From Candidatus Aenigmatarchaeota archaeon (GTDB taxonomy: Archaea > Aenigmatarchaeota > Aenigmatarchaeia > CG10238-14), in assembly GCA_044343545.1 (NCBI GenBank), contig JAWBZR010000002.1, forward strand, positions 19,213 to 83,212: 64,000 nucleotides of DNA, written 5' to 3'. Under the pieces are notes generated by a model. It searched no databases. It saw nothing but the letters and a program-made list of their open reading frames with translations, and was not told the DNA's origin. Positions 20,426 to 31,325 of this stretch are shown piece after piece. The translations under genes were made by a program, and so were the position numbers. The first letter of the stretch is position 1, and the number at the start of each line of letters is the position of its first letter.

Positions 20426-23400
20426 TTATATCACCCTTTTGTATTCTAGACGGGTCTAACCCGTCTTCAGCGGGAACAAATTGGATAATTTTTTTCATCG
20501 AATCTCTTACAGTTCCATCATATTCTACCTTTAAATCTTTTAATGCACCTATCAATCTTCTTTCCAAGTAACCACTGTGTCTTGTCTTTAAAGATTTATC
20601 CATAAGACCTTCTCTGCTATTCATTGCATCGAAGAAAAATTCAAAAGGCGTTAATCCTGTTTTATAACCATGTCTAACAAAACCTTTGGATTCCAAACTT
20701 ATATCATTTCTTTCAAAATGAGTGAATGTTCTCTTATAATAACCTATTCTTATTCTTTCTCCTCTCAAAGTTTCTTGACCTAAACAAGCGATGCATTGAA
20801 CCATGTTAACAAGACTGCCTCTTGCTCCGCTTTTGGCCATTATATATACAGAATTTTCTTGAATGTTTTTCGCAACTAAGTTTGTGATTTCATTAAGCGT
20901 GTCCGCTAATTTTATTTTTATCAAAGTTTCCAGGGTTTCTCTCGGCGTCTTACCGACAACTCCTTTTATGTTACCTTTTTTGAATTCCTTAATCAATTCA
21001 TTGACTTCATCCTTTACTTTGTCAAGTTGATTGTTAATTTTTTCAATAATTTTTGGAGATACATCATAATCTGATATGGCTATGCTAAATCCATACCTTG
21101 TTAAAAATTCGAGCGAAAGTTTAGTGATATTGAATAAAAACTTCTTAGCATACTCACCTCCATAAACTTTTTCTATTTCATCAAGTATTTTGCCTTTGAA
21201 AGCACCAACACCACTTTCATCAATAAAACCTTCAAGCTCACCATTTTTTATGACAATTTTTGTATCGCCTTTAGTATATTCAAAGTTGAAATCTTTTGGC
21301 AAGAACAAGCTGAATATTTCTTGACCCGTAAATTCCTTCTTTTCCGGTACCTCTATTTCAAGATCACATGCTTTTACAAGCGATATCACATCCTTTCTTG
21401 GTAATTTCATCTTTGTCGTCAAAATATAAAGCCCGGTTATATGATCATTTATAGCACCTATTATTACACTGCTAAACCTCGGACTTCTAAACTGTGTGGA
21501 TACACGAGTGAGCAAGTTTGTTTCAACTTGAGCCTCTTTTGTTTGAGGTATGTGCAAATTCATTTCGTCTCCGTCAAAATCAGCATTATATGGTGGAGCA
21601 ACCGTTAAATTAAGTCTAAAAGTATTCCACGGCATAACTCTAACTCTATGTCCCATCATACTCATTCTATGCAAAGACGGCTGCCTGTTAAAGATGGACC
21701 AATCACCATCTTCTATTTGTTTTTCAACAATATAGCCAGGTTCCAACTCTTTTATTATATCAGCCTTATTTTGCTCGGTAACTTTTTTTCTCCTTCCATC
21801 AGGTCTATTCACATAGTTTATTGTCGGCCATTCAGGATATCTTTCTATCATTTGTTTTATTTTTTCGATGTTTCTCTCGTTAACAACAACAGGTATTGTT
21901 AATTCTTTCGCTATTGATAGTGGAACGCCAACTTCATCTATATCCAAGAACGGGTCAGGACTTATGACAGTCCTTGCAGAATAGTTAACTCTTTTACCTA
22001 TGAGGTTACCTCTAAACCTACCTTCTTTCGTCTTCAATCTTTGTGCGAGTGTCTTTAATATTCTTCCAGATCTATGCCTTGCTGGAGGCACGCCACTAAT
22101 TTCATTATTCATATAAGTTGCAACATGGTATTGCAACAATTCCCACAAATCTTGAATAATAAAGTCAGGAGCACCCAAGTCAATATTTTCTCTCAATCTC
22201 TTGTTTATTCTCACAATATCAACAAGTTTATGAGTTAGGTCATCTTCAGATCTTTCACCCGTTTCCAAGGTTATGGAAGGTCTCACCGTGACTGGTGGTA
22301 TTGGTAAGATAGTGAGCACGAAAACTTCTGGTCTCACACCTTTTATGCCAAGATATTGCAATTCTGAATCAGGTATTTTTTCCAATCTTTCTCTTATTTG
22401 CACAGGCGTTAAAACATCTTCATCTTCTTGATAAGTCGTTGGTTTAATATACTTTATTTTCTTTTGTTTTTCGTTGCAATAAGGACATGTAGATTTTACT
22501 AACGTTTTTAGCTTCTTTAATGATTTTTTCTTTTTGAGTTTTTCAGCATCTTCTGGTGTAATTAAAACCTTTCCACATTTTCTGCAAGTATATCTCAATA
22601 TATTGTAAATAAGTTTTGCATAGTTTACGTGGATTACGGGCTTTGTTAACTCTAAATGACCAAAATGACCTCTACATTCACCAACCGTGCCACCACACGT
22701 TCTACATCTTAAACCAGGATCTATAACGCCTAATCTAGGATCCATTAAACCTCCTTCTATCGGGTAACCTTCTTGATCATAAAGTTCTGTTTTGCTAATC
22801 TTGGATGCGGACATCTTCCTTATCATTTCAGGTGTCAATACGCTGAATGTTATTTTATCAATTATATTGAGATCTTCGTTGATTGTAAGTTTCGGATATA
22901 TAACCATACTTTTTAGCTCGTCCAATAGCAACTTGAAGGCGTAAGACATATCGACATCTATGATTTTTGAGCCTCCACACATGGGGCAGAATTTTTTGTT
23001 TTTCACCCTATCGTTTATCGCTTCTATTCCACATTCTTTGCATATTGGTATTGAAATCTTGTCAGAATCGAACCTTTCTTTAAGCAAAAGGGAGGCGCCA
23101 TGCGCAATTAAGCAGTCTTTTTCCATTTCCCCTAATCTCAATCCACCCATTTTTGATTTTCCTTCTGTTGGTTGTTTCGTCAACAATGCTACAGGACCTT
23201 TAGATCTAGCGTACATTTTATTTGAAACCAGGTGGTCAAGTTTTTGATAAAATATACTTCCTATGAGTATCTTGTTCATCAATTTTTGTCCGGTTCTACC
23301 GTCGAACATAACTTCTTTACCATCATCGTCATAACCAAACTTCTTTAGCATTTCCCTTATTTGCTTTTCTTCTGGAGGATGAAATGGAGGGCTATATATC

Positions 23401-24674
23401 GGTTCGCCAGAAAGAGCGGCAACTTTAGCAGAAATAATTTCTAGAAGTTGACCAATAGTCATTCTTGATGGAATGCCGTGAGGATTAAACACCAAGTCAG
23501 GTACTATGCCTTCTTCGGTGAATGGCAAATCTTCTTCACCTATTATCAATCCAACTACGCCTTTTTGTCCGTGTCTACTCGCAAATTTGTCTCCCACTTC
23601 GGGAATCTTTAAATCTCTTATAACTACCTTCACAAGTTTGTTACCTTCAGAACTTTCTGTGATGAATACCCTATCAACTATCGCATTTTCGGAATGTTTC
23701 AATCTTACGGAAGTTTCTCTTATGTTCTCAAGGCTTGTTGTGAATTGATCTAATCCGCCTAAAAATCTCAAAGGTGAAGTTTTTCCTATCAAAACATCAT
23801 CTTTCTTCACATTAGTTTCCGGATTAACTATGCCATCTTCTGGTAAATGTTTATAAGCATCTTCACCTGCATATCCCCTTATTCCTGGTTGCGGTATTCC
23901 TATTACATCTTCTTGTCCACCTAAATATCTCTTTTCTTCAGCTTCATAAACCCTAAACATGTATGACCAGAACAAACCTCTTTCTATTGAGGATTTGTTT
24001 AGCACAATGGCATCTTCCATGTTGTATCCTAAAAACGACATGACAGCAATGGTAACGTTACATCCACCAGGATGCTCTTTATCGTTGATAATTTCGTTCA
24101 TATGTGTCTTTACCAGCGGAACTTGAGGGTAAATCATTATGTTTGATTTCGTGTCAACTCTTAGAGGATAGTTTGAAGCATATATTCCTATGGATTGTCC
24201 TATCATCTTACCTCCGAAATTAACCCTATCACCTCTGTTAAATTCTGCAAAAGGAACAAGAGAAGTTGCTATGCCAAATATGATAGTGGGATCTAGCTCC
24301 AAATGCGTGTGTTTGGGTGTAAGATCTTTTGGTGTTAACGCAACAAGAGCATTTTCTTCTTCTGTCGCATCCAAGTATTCTATAACACCTTGTTTTATTA
24401 GGTCACTCCACTTAATTTTTCCTGCTTCCAAGGCTTTTATATGCTCTTCCGTTAATTTAGGTTTTCCCTTTTCTACAACTATTAATGGCCTTCTCGCCCT
24501 TCCAGGTTCAGTAGAAATCATGACTATATCAAAATGATCCAAGTAAGAGACGTTAAGCTGATTCGAAAGCAAACCTTTCCTTCTCTTTTCTCTCAACATT
24601 TCTACAAATTTTTTTGCATCCTTTACCTTACCGACATATTTTCCGTCCAAAAACACATCAACCATTTTTCTCAA
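20391..24674 (-). CDS. Fused RNA polymerase subunits B' (Rpo2C) and A' (Rpo1N); likely start ATG at 24665
   Basis: First ~600 aa are B' ([28 protein letters not shown], zinc finger); remainder is A' ([31 protein letters not shown], catalytic [15 protein letters not shown]); no stop between them. Confidence 0.93.
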   Translation of the reverse strand: MRKMVDVFLDGKYVGKVKDAKKFVEMLREKRRKGLLSNQLNVSYLDHFDIVMISTEPGRARRPLIVVEKGKPKLTEEHIKALEAGKIKWSDLIKQGVIEYLDATEEENALVALTPKDLTPKHTHLELDPTIIFGIATSLVPFAEFNRGDRVNFGGKMIGQSIGIYASNYPLRVDTKSNIMIYPQVPLVKTHMNEIINDKEHPGGCNVTIAVMSFLGYNMEDAIVLNKSSIERGLFWSYMFRVYEAEEKRYLGGQEDVIGIPQPGIRGYAGEDAYKHLPEDGIVNPETNVKKDDVLIGKTSPLRFLGGLDQFTTSLENIRETSVRLKHSENAIVDRVFITESSEGNKLVKVVIRDLKIPEVGDKFASRHGQKGVVGLIIGEEDLPFTEEGIVPDLVFNPHGIPSRMTIGQLLEIISAKVAALSGEPIYSPPFHPPEEKQIREMLKKFGYDDDGKEVMFDGRTGQKLMNKILIGSIFYQKLDHLVSNKMYARSKGPVALLTKQPTEGKSKMGGLRLGEMEKDCLIAHGASLLLKERFDSDKISIPICKECGIEAINDRVKNKKFCPMCGGSKIIDVDMSYAFKLLLDELKSMVIYPKLTINEDLNIIDKITFSVLTPEMIRKMSASKISKTELYDQEGYPIEGGLMDPRLGVIDPGLRCRTCGGTVGECRGHFGHLELTKPVIHVNYAKLIYNILRYTCRKCGKVLITPEDAEKLKKKKSLKKLKTLVKSTCPYCNEKQKKIKYIKPTTYQEDEDVLTPVQIRERLEKIPDSELQYLGIKGVRPEVFVLTILPIPPVTVRPSITLETGERSEDDLTHKLVDIVRINKRLRENIDLGAPDFIIQDLWELLQYHVATYMNNEISGVPPARHRSGRILKTLAQRLKTKEGRFRGNLIGKRVNYSARTVISPDPFLDIDEVGVPLSIAKELTIPVVVNERNIEKIKQMIERYPEWPTINYVNRPDGRRKKVTEQNKADIIKELEPGYIVEKQIEDGDWSIFNRQPSLHRMSMMGHRVRVMPWNTFRLNLTVAPPYNADFDGDEMNLHIPQTKEAQVETNLLTRVSTQFRSPRFSSVIIGAINDHITGLYILTTKMKLPRKDVISLVKACDLEIEVPEKKEFTGQEIFSLFLPKDFNFEYTKGDTKIVIKNGELEGFIDESGVGAFKGKILDEIEKVYGGEYAKKFLFNITKLSLEFLTRYGFSIAISDYDVSPKIIEKINNQLDKVKDEVNELIKEFKKGNIKGVVGKTPRETLETLIKIKLADTLNEITNLVAKNIQENSVYIMAKSGARGSLVNMVQCIACLGQETLRGERIRIGYYKRTFTHFERNDISLESKGFVRHGYKTGLTPFEFFFDAMNSREGLMDKSLKTRHSGYLERRLIGALKDLKVEYDGTVRDSMKKIIQFVPAEDGLDPSRIQKGDINVEKIARRLFG

Positions 24675-26172
24675 CCTCTTTCAACACAGTATCCTCTATT
24701 ATTTTGAACTCTTTTTCAGTCACTCCAGAAGTAACTTGGGTCATTATCGCTAGATACTTTCTCAACCCAATCGTTGCACCTTCTGGTGTTTGTGACGGGT
24801 CAATCTTGCCCCATTGTGTTGGATGCAAAATTCTTGCTTCGAAATGTTCTTGAGTGGATGTAAGGGGTGACAATACATTTCTCATGTGTGAAAGTGTCTT
24901 TACAAAACTACCTCTTTCCAACCTTTGTGACACGCCAGTCCTACCACCAACCCAAGAGCCTATTGCTATCGCTGAATTTACTTGGTTCGTTAAAACACTC
25001 GATTCGACGATGGATTGCAAGGGCGGAAACCTCCCTCTTTTAGTAAGTTTTTGATAATTGTATGTTATTCTCGTTATAAGACCCCATTTACCAAGGAGTA
25101 TCGACCTAAACAATATTTCCAGCAGATCTCCGGACAATCTCAATCTTTTGTTAGAATAATGATCCAAATCATCTTTTGGTGTTTTTTTGAGATGATATTT
25201 TATAATCCTTTCACACGCTTTTATCAAGTAGAAAGCTTTTGTTAAACGATCCTTTTTTTCTTGACCTAAATGAGGAAGCAAATATTTGTCTAGTAACTTG
25301 TTGACCCTATCTTGTCTATATTCTTTTTGAACAATTTTCAAGAAATCAGCAATCTCTTCCATAGCCTCCTTGCTTGTAGCTGCTTGTGTCTCAAACAAGT
25401 TTGGATAAAACTCTTGCTGAACTTCAGGATCTTCGGATAAGCTCATAATTATGTCTCTATCCGTTTCTAAACCCAAAGCACGAATTAATATTATTATCGG
25501 CATTTTGTTAACATTCGCAAAACTTATTCTTATTATGCCGTCACCTTTCCTTTCTATTATGTGTCTTTGTATATATCCATCTTTTTCAGAATGAATTCTT
25601 GCCGTTTCCGTCACGTTGGGCGTGGATGACTTTTCTACTATTATTTTGTTTGGTGCTATTTCTTCTATTAACACAAGCACTCTTTCCGTTCCGTTTATGA
25701 TAAAATAACCGCCAGGGTCATCAGGGTCTTCGCCTGCCTTTATCAATTCGTCTCTATCCATTTTGGATAAAGGACAAATTTTTGATTTTAACATGATGGG
25801 AAGATCACCAAAGTTAACCATTACCGGTTCGCTTTCTATGTCGTTTAGGGTTGGTGTCATTTCAAGATACATTGGCGCAGAATACGTGAGGTTTCTTATC
25901 CTCGCTTCCAATGGCAATATAGGTCTTTCCGAGCCATCAGCTTCTTTTATCCAAGGGCCCCATCTATCATTTCCCAAAGGCTTGCCTATCTTAAATTTTC
26001 CTAATTTTATTCTAAAATCTCCCAAGTCAGGAACTTCTGGTCTTATTTCTTTTATTTGTTTTATTATTGCAGGAATCCTGTTTTCAATGAAATCATTGTA
26101 TGAATCTATTTGAAATTTAACCAAACCTTCTTCCTTGACGAATGATTTTAACATCGTCATATATTCTTTCAT
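24658..26172 (-). CDS. rpoB2: RNA polymerase subunit B'' (Rpo2N)
   Basis: QIDSYNDF, EARIRNLTYSAP, DPGGYFIINGTERV, NKRLRL, ARILHPTQWG, TPEG. Confidence 0.97.
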   Translation of the reverse strand: MKEYMTMLKSFVKEEGLVKFQIDSYNDFIENRIPAIIKQIKEIRPEVPDLGDFRIKLGKFKIGKPLGNDRWGPWIKEADGSERPILPLEARIRNLTYSAPMYLEMTPTLNDIESEPVMVNFGDLPIMLKSKICPLSKMDRDELIKAGEDPDDPGGYFIINGTERVLVLIEEIAPNKIIVEKSSTPNVTETARIHSEKDGYIQRHIIERKGDGIIRISFANVNKMPIIILIRALGLETDRDIIMSLSEDPEVQQEFYPNLFETQAATSKEAMEEIADFLKIVQKEYRQDRVNKLLDKYLLPHLGQEKKDRLTKAFYLIKACERIIKYHLKKTPKDDLDHYSNKRLRLSGDLLEILFRSILLGKWGLITRITYNYQKLTKRGRFPPLQSIVESSVLTNQVNSAIAIGSWVGGRTGVSQRLERGSFVKTLSHMRNVLSPLTSTQEHFEARILHPTQWGKIDPSQTPEGATIGLRKYLAIMTQVTSGVTEKEFKIIEDTVLKEVEKNG

Positions 26173-26174
26173 TC

Positions 26175-26429
26175 CTATTCCTCCACAACGATTCTATAAT
26201 ACACAACTTCTTTTGCAATGCTACTCTTTCTTATTATTTTTATTAAATCTCCGGGTTTCGCTCCTAGCGCCTTCACGACAGGGTCAGTTGATTTTATTTG
26301 GGGAAGTTGATTCAATTTTGTTATCTTATATTTTTCCAAGATTTTTTGCTTTTCTTCTTCAGAAACAATGTAATGTTTTGGCACCAATTCATGCTCTAAG
26401 ATGTTAATATTGGTTTCTTCTTTCAACAC
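26175..26429 (-). CDS. rpoH: RNA polymerase subunit H (Rpo5)
   Basis: [40 protein letters not shown]. Confidence 0.96.
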   Translation of the reverse strand: MLKEETNINILEHELVPKHYIVSEEEKQKILEKYKITKLNQLPQIKSTDPVVKALGAKPGDLIKIIRKSSIAKEVVYYRIVVEE

Positions 26430-26440
26430 ATCACCCTTTA

Positions 26441-26544
26441 CGCTCTGGCCGGGATTTGAACCCGGGTCACGGGAGTTCTGCTTATTATTGACAGTCCCGT
26501 ATGATTAGCCTCAAGGATGATTGGGCCAGCTACACTACCAGAGC
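26441..26544 (-). tRNA. tRNA-Asp(GUC) with two introns (17 nt at 21/22, 26505-26521; 13 nt at 37/38, 26476-26488)
   Basis: Removing both inserts gives a 74-nt canonical archaeal tRNA-Asp (GCTCTGG TA GTGT AGCTGGCCCA TCAT A CGGGA CTGTCAC TCCCG TGAC CCGGG TTCAAAT CCCGG CCAGAGC G); both junctions fold as BHB-like motifs. Confidence 0.9.
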
Positions 26545-26642
26545 AATTAAGATTTTTTTTATTAAAAGAATTTATAAAAATTTTTGCTGGGTTGGCAGTA
26601 TAGCTATTTTTGATCAATAACACATCACCGTGAGTGAATGAT

Positions 26643-26758
<116 letters not shown>

Positions 26759-26842
26759 TTACTATTTTATACCAACAAATATTTAAAAATATAATTTTCG
26801 TCTACTCGATAAAAAATTAAAAATTTTCGGCATTTTAAACAT

Positions 26843-27106
26843 ATGATTCCTGTAGTTGCGTGGGATATAGAGAGAACATTGATAACAACAAGCTATGAAA
26901 ATGATTTTGCTGCTTTTTTAGCTCTTTTTTTAGGAAACGTAATTACGTTCAAGATAACCAATTTATGTAGATTAAATAGGCCTTACAAAACTTCACCTAT
27001 ACATATGTGTGATAAAGAGGGTGACGAAGCGGTAAGTTACGTAGGAGTTTCAGCAATCATAGTTGGAAATAAAGAAAATTTTATGGCACAAATATTCAAG
27101 TGTTGA
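26843..27106 (+). CDS. Hypothetical protein, possibly a degenerate HAD-like fragment
   Basis: 87-aa ORF; VVAWDIERTL resembles HAD motif I but other motifs are not evident. Confidence 0.3.
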   Translation: MIPVVAWDIERTLITTSYENDFAAFLALFLGNVITFKITNLCRLNRPYKTSPIHMCDKEGDEAVSYVGVSAIIVGNKENFMAQIFKC

Positions 27107-27143
27107 TAATTTTTGTGATGGTAGAGTTATAGGGGTTTTATAA

Positions 27144-27258
27144 TCCCCCCGGCCGGATTTGAACCAGCAACCCTTCGGTTTCTGACGAGCATACGCCGGT
27201 GACGAATGCTTTTAGCAAACGTCTACAGCCGAATGCTCTACCGTTGAGCTACGGGGGG
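27144..27258 (-). tRNA. tRNA-Tyr(GUA) with 43-nt canonical intron (27180-27222)
   Basis: C1:G72 acceptor CCCCCCG/CGGGGGG-A; anticodon arm TTCGG-CTGTAG|intron|A-CCGAA; 72 nt after splicing. Confidence 0.92.
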
Positions 27259-27309
27259 TCATAATTACAATAATCAATTTAATTAAAATATTTTAACCAT
27301 ATAATTTTT

Positions 27310-28707
27310 CTATTTCACTCTTTTGGAGAAGGTGACGATTTTTTCAGCAATCTTGTTTATGACACTCTTCCCTGATTTATAACTAAAGTAAGCTTTTGGC
27401 AACCTTACCTTTCCATCAATATTCATCGTTGGCTTTATTCTGTACGACAAAACTCTATCTTCTTTCGGTTTAAGTTTGTCTATTCTCCATATTAAATTTG
27501 TACCCTTTGGCGTGACTTTGATTTCAGGTTTCAACGTGTCGAATTCTTTGACAACGATGAATACAGGAGGAACAATATCTTTAACAACAACGTTGTCTAT
27601 TTCTCTTAAAGAATTATTTTTTATGTGCAGTGTCACGAGATTTTCTTTTTCCAAATCTAATTTTTCAGAATATTTTTTCATCAATGTTGGTTTGTGTAAG
27701 AGGGAAAGAATAAATGTCATGAAAAGTAGGAACAAAAATATAACAAAAGCAGCGCTACCAAATCTCAAAGAATATTGTAAGTTTACAGATTGATTGGGCT
27801 TGACATCACTAAAACTCCACGTATAAGTTATTCTATTTTCTTTTTCTTCGCTTTTTTCTGGCTCAATTTCAGGATAAAAAAAGTATTTGGAAAATTTCGG
27901 CATGGTTTCCGTGATAATTATATTTTGAGGATAATTTCCCTTGTTCGTTACATTTATTGTGAATGTCACTTCCAACAAAGTTTTATGTATCTTTTTTTCT
28001 TTTTCTATCTCGCTATATTTTTTTATCGTGAAAAAACTTGATTTAGAATGAATAGGATTTCCAAATTCATCATACATAAAAACTTGAACTTTGTATAAGC
28101 CAGGTTCATATGTATTTTTTATTTCAAACGGTATCGACAAGGTTTTTGTTGTCAAAGGTTGCAGAATCAACTCTTCATCCAAAACCGCTATTTGCTCTTC
28201 ATCCTTTAATATTTTAGTTTTAACCATCACGTGTTTGCCCTGCGTTTTGTCCAAGTTAACTAACATTGGTTTTATGATTAGTGTTTCTTTCGGCGAAAAA
28301 ACATCTTGATTTAACGTCAAGTCAGAAAAATACGTTCCCGTTCTTCTTCTTATATTCAATATTATGTCCAAGCTTGCTATTTTGGTTGTTTGTGTTGATT
28401 TTGCTTTGATACTAAAAACTACATTTCCCACATCTGCATCTATCGGCGGCTCTATGACAAATTTTATAATTTCTTCTTCGTTCGGATCTAAACTTACAAA
28501 ATATTTTTCTAAACTTATCCAGCTACTGGGCCAAATTCCTATGTAAAAAGTATCTCTTTGTCCATCATCGTTGATTATTTTGAACTTGACTGTTGTTTTT
28601 TCTAAAGTATAAACAGTTTCTGGATAATCCACCATTTCTATTCTTAATGACGATGCAAAGGGGAATAGTAAAAGCAAAAAAACAAGGACGAATTTCACCA
28701 GTTTCAT
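27310..28707 (-). CDS. Surface/membrane protein with repeated Ig-like (DUF11/CARDB-like) domains
   Basis: Signal peptide, beta-sandwich repeats (INVTNKGN, VTLHIKNN..VVVKDIVP), internal TM helix. Confidence 0.65.
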   Translation of the reverse strand: MKLVKFVLVFLLLLFPFASSLRIEMVDYPETVYTLEKTTVKFKIINDDGQRDTFYIGIWPSSWISLEKYFVSLDPNEEEIIKFVIEPPIDADVGNVVFSIKAKSTQTTKIASLDIILNIRRRTGTYFSDLTLNQDVFSPKETLIIKPMLVNLDKTQGKHVMVKTKILKDEEQIAVLDEELILQPLTTKTLSIPFEIKNTYEPGLYKVQVFMYDEFGNPIHSKSSFFTIKKYSEIEKEKKIHKTLLEVTFTINVTNKGNYPQNIIITETMPKFSKYFFYPEIEPEKSEEKENRITYTWSFSDVKPNQSVNLQYSLRFGSAAFVIFLFLLFMTFILSLLHKPTLMKKYSEKLDLEKENLVTLHIKNNSLREIDNVVVKDIVPPVFIVVKEFDTLKPEIKVTPKGTNLIWRIDKLKPKEDRVLSYRIKPTMNIDGKVRLPKAYFSYKSGKSVINKIAEKIVTFSKRVK

Positions 28708-28751
28708 AATTATTAATTATTTTTTTTTTATTTTAATATTAAGTTTTTTCG

Positions 28752-29480
28752 TCATTGTTGCTGCTTTTTACCTAAATTTCTCATCCAATTGTAAAACTTT
28801 ACGAATATGCTTTCTTTCCCTTCCTTTTTATCTTCCTTTTTCTCTTCCCTTACCTTTTCTTGAATTTTCACATCTTTCAAACTTTCAAAAACACTCTTTT
28901 TTATCACAAATCTATCCTTTCCTGTTTCCTTGAAAAACCACGGTAATTCTCTTCCATATTCTTCCGACCAGCTTATATTTTCGAATGGTATAACGTCAGT
29001 TTTGTAATATTGTTCGTATGGTAAAGGAAAACCTATAGCCAAAACACCGACTGGCCTTAATTTGTCGGGTATTTTTAGAATTCTTTTTATTGCTTCTTCC
29101 TCGAAAGCATGAACCCATGATGCACCCAATCCTAACGAATGTGCGGCTAAAAGCATGTTTTGAATAGCAGCGCCAGTATCTTGTATTGCATATAAATTTC
29201 TTCCTCTTTCACCAAATTTCAATGAAACTTTTTCCAAGTTTGCACAAACGATTATTAATAGTGGAGCCTCTTCTACGTGTCTTTGACCCAAACAGGCGAT
29301 AGAAATTTCTGACTTGGCTTTCTTGTCTTTAACAACTATAAATTCCCAAGGTTGTATATCGCCTGCAGAAGCAGCCAATGTGCCCGCGTGAAGTATCTGT
29401 GCTATTAATTCTTCAGGAACATCTCTCTTGTCATAAACTTTTACATTTACTCGTGTTTCCATCGCTTCGAAAACATCCAT
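28752..29480 (-). CDS. Nitroreductase family protein
   Basis: AASAGDIQPWEFIVV, QNMLLAAHSLGLGASWV. Confidence 0.9.
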   Translation of the reverse strand: MDVFEAMETRVNVKVYDKRDVPEELIAQILHAGTLAASAGDIQPWEFIVVKDKKAKSEISIACLGQRHVEEAPLLIIVCANLEKVSLKFGERGRNLYAIQDTGAAIQNMLLAAHSLGLGASWVHAFEEEAIKRILKIPDKLRPVGVLAIGFPLPYEQYYKTDVIPFENISWSEEYGRELPWFFKETGKDRFVIKKSVFESLKDVKIQEKVREEKKEDKKEGKESIFVKFYNWMRNLGKKQQQ

Positions 29481-29537
29481 TATTAAATCATTGGTTAACG
29501 TGAATAATAAATTTTTACATTGAGGATATTATTTTTG

Positions 29538-31244
29538 ATGAAATATTCTGAAATAGTAAAAACCTATGATTTGTTGGAGAAAACATCTTCAAAGATTTCA
29601 AAAACAGAAATTTTGACAGAGCTTTTAAAGAATACACCATCAAGAGAAATGGAGATGGTAGTTTTATTGATTCAAGGTATGGTTTTCCCAAAATATACAG
29701 GATATGATTTGGGCGTAGCGCAGCAATTGATGATAAAGGCTATCTCGAGGGCAACGGGTTTTAGTGTGGAAGACGTAGAAAAGATGTTTAAAGAAAAAGG
29801 AGATTTGGGTGTTACTGCAGAAAATTGTGTGAGAGAAAAAAAGCAAGTTTCGCTTTTGAAAAAAGAGCTAGACGTGGAGACAGTTTTCAAAAATTTACAA
29901 AAATTGGCATTTTTAACAGGAGAGGGTGCTCAGGAAAAAAAACTCAATTTAATTGCAGAGTTGCTTTCATTCGCAAAACCAGAAGAAGCAAAATACATAG
30001 TGAGAACAATATTGGGAGATTTAAGGGTGGGCGTGGCTGAAGGAATAATAAGAGATACCATTGCCAAAGCCTTTTTGCCTGAGGGAGACGAAAGTTTACA
30101 AGCTTTGGAGCGTGCCATAAATATCTATCCTAACTTCGGCGAGGTTGCTTTGATAGCAAAAGAAAAAGGTTTGAGTGGTTTGAAAGAAATAAAAGTAAAA
30201 ATAGGACAACCAATTCAAGTGATGCTTGGTGAAAAAGCTGAAAGTATAAAGGATGTTGTCGAAGAATTCGGCAAAGTAGCAGCTGAATACAAGTACGATG
30301 GCATGAGAGCACAAATACACAAAGATGAAAACAATATATGGATATTCACGAGAAGACTTGAAGACGTCACAAAGCAATTTCCGGATTTGGTTGAATTGTG
30401 CAGAAAGCATTTGAAAGCAAAAAGATGTATAGTCGAAGGAGAAGTCGTCGCTGTGGATAAGAATAAATCACCTTTGCCATTTCAAGTGCTATCACAAAGG
30501 ATTCAAAGAAAATATGAAATAGAAAAAATGGTAAAAGAGATTCCCATTCAAATAAACTTGTTCGATGTTGTTTTTGTTGATGGTGTCTCATTGTTCGAAA
30601 GTAGCTTGGTTGAAAGAAGAAAAGTGCTTGAAGAAATCGTGGAAGAAAAAAAGGATGAGTTTATGTTGGCAAAGCAAATAGTTACAGATGACGTAAATTT
30701 GCTGGAAAAATTTTATAAAGAAGCTTTAGATGCAAAACAAGAAGGAATATTTTTGAAGGTTTTGACTTCGAAATATGTTTTTGGAAGACATGTTGGTGGA
30801 TGGTATAAAATAAAGCCAACGCTTGAAACTTTGGACTTGGTAATAACAGGAGCAACGTGGGGTACTGGCAAGAGGGCTGGTTGGTTAGGTTCTTTCATAT
30901 TGGCTTGCAGGGATGAAAAGACAGGTAAATTCTTAGAGTGCGGAATGCTCGGTACTGGAGTGAAAGAAAAAAAATCTACTGAAACTGATATAACATTTGA
31001 AGAATTGACAAATTTACTAAAACCTTTAATAATTTCTGAAGAAGGAAATAGCGTGAGATTCAAACCGAAAGTTGTAATATCTGTGGATTATCAAGAAATT
31101 CAAATATCACCAAATTATGAGTCGGGTTTTGCTTTGAGATTTCCGCGATTTGTTGCTTTGCGCGTAGATAAAGGACCTGAAGATGCTGATACTGTTGAAA
31201 GAATAAAATATCTTTACGAGCTACAAAAAAAGACTAAAAAATAG
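29538..31244 (+). CDS. lig: ATP-dependent DNA ligase
   Basis: EYKYDGMRAQIH adenylation motif, EGEVV, FDVV, EGI.LK, WYKIK, LRFPRF. Confidence 0.96.
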   Translation: MKYSEIVKTYDLLEKTSSKISKTEILTELLKNTPSREMEMVVLLIQGMVFPKYTGYDLGVAQQLMIKAISRATGFSVEDVEKMFKEKGDLGVTAENCVREKKQVSLLKKELDVETVFKNLQKLAFLTGEGAQEKKLNLIAELLSFAKPEEAKYIVRTILGDLRVGVAEGIIRDTIAKAFLPEGDESLQALERAINIYPNFGEVALIAKEKGLSGLKEIKVKIGQPIQVMLGEKAESIKDVVEEFGKVAAEYKYDGMRAQIHKDENNIWIFTRRLEDVTKQFPDLVELCRKHLKAKRCIVEGEVVAVDKNKSPLPFQVLSQRIQRKYEIEKMVKEIPIQINLFDVVFVDGVSLFESSLVERRKVLEEIVEEKKDEFMLAKQIVTDDVNLLEKFYKEALDAKQEGIFLKVLTSKYVFGRHVGGWYKIKPTLETLDLVITGATWGTGKRAGWLGSFILACRDEKTGKFLECGMLGTGVKEKKSTETDITFEELTNLLKPLIISEEGNSVRFKPKVVISVDYQEIQISPNYESGFALRFPRFVALRVDKGPEDADTVERIKYLYELQKKTKK

Positions 31245-31325
31245 AAACAAAATTTATCTCGAATTTTTAAGAAAATATTAATTTTTAAATATTCATAGTT
31301 GTAACTATTAAAAGAAGGGATTTTA

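Noticed and set aside
20391..24674. Intein as the cause of the long RNAP ORF
   Set aside because: Length is fully explained by B' plus A'; no intein or LAGLIDADG motifs seen
26438..26623. 61-aa minus-strand ORF with a GGTGA motif like that of rpoH
   Set aside because: Runs through tRNA-Asp; no protein features; the shared 11-mer is probably chance
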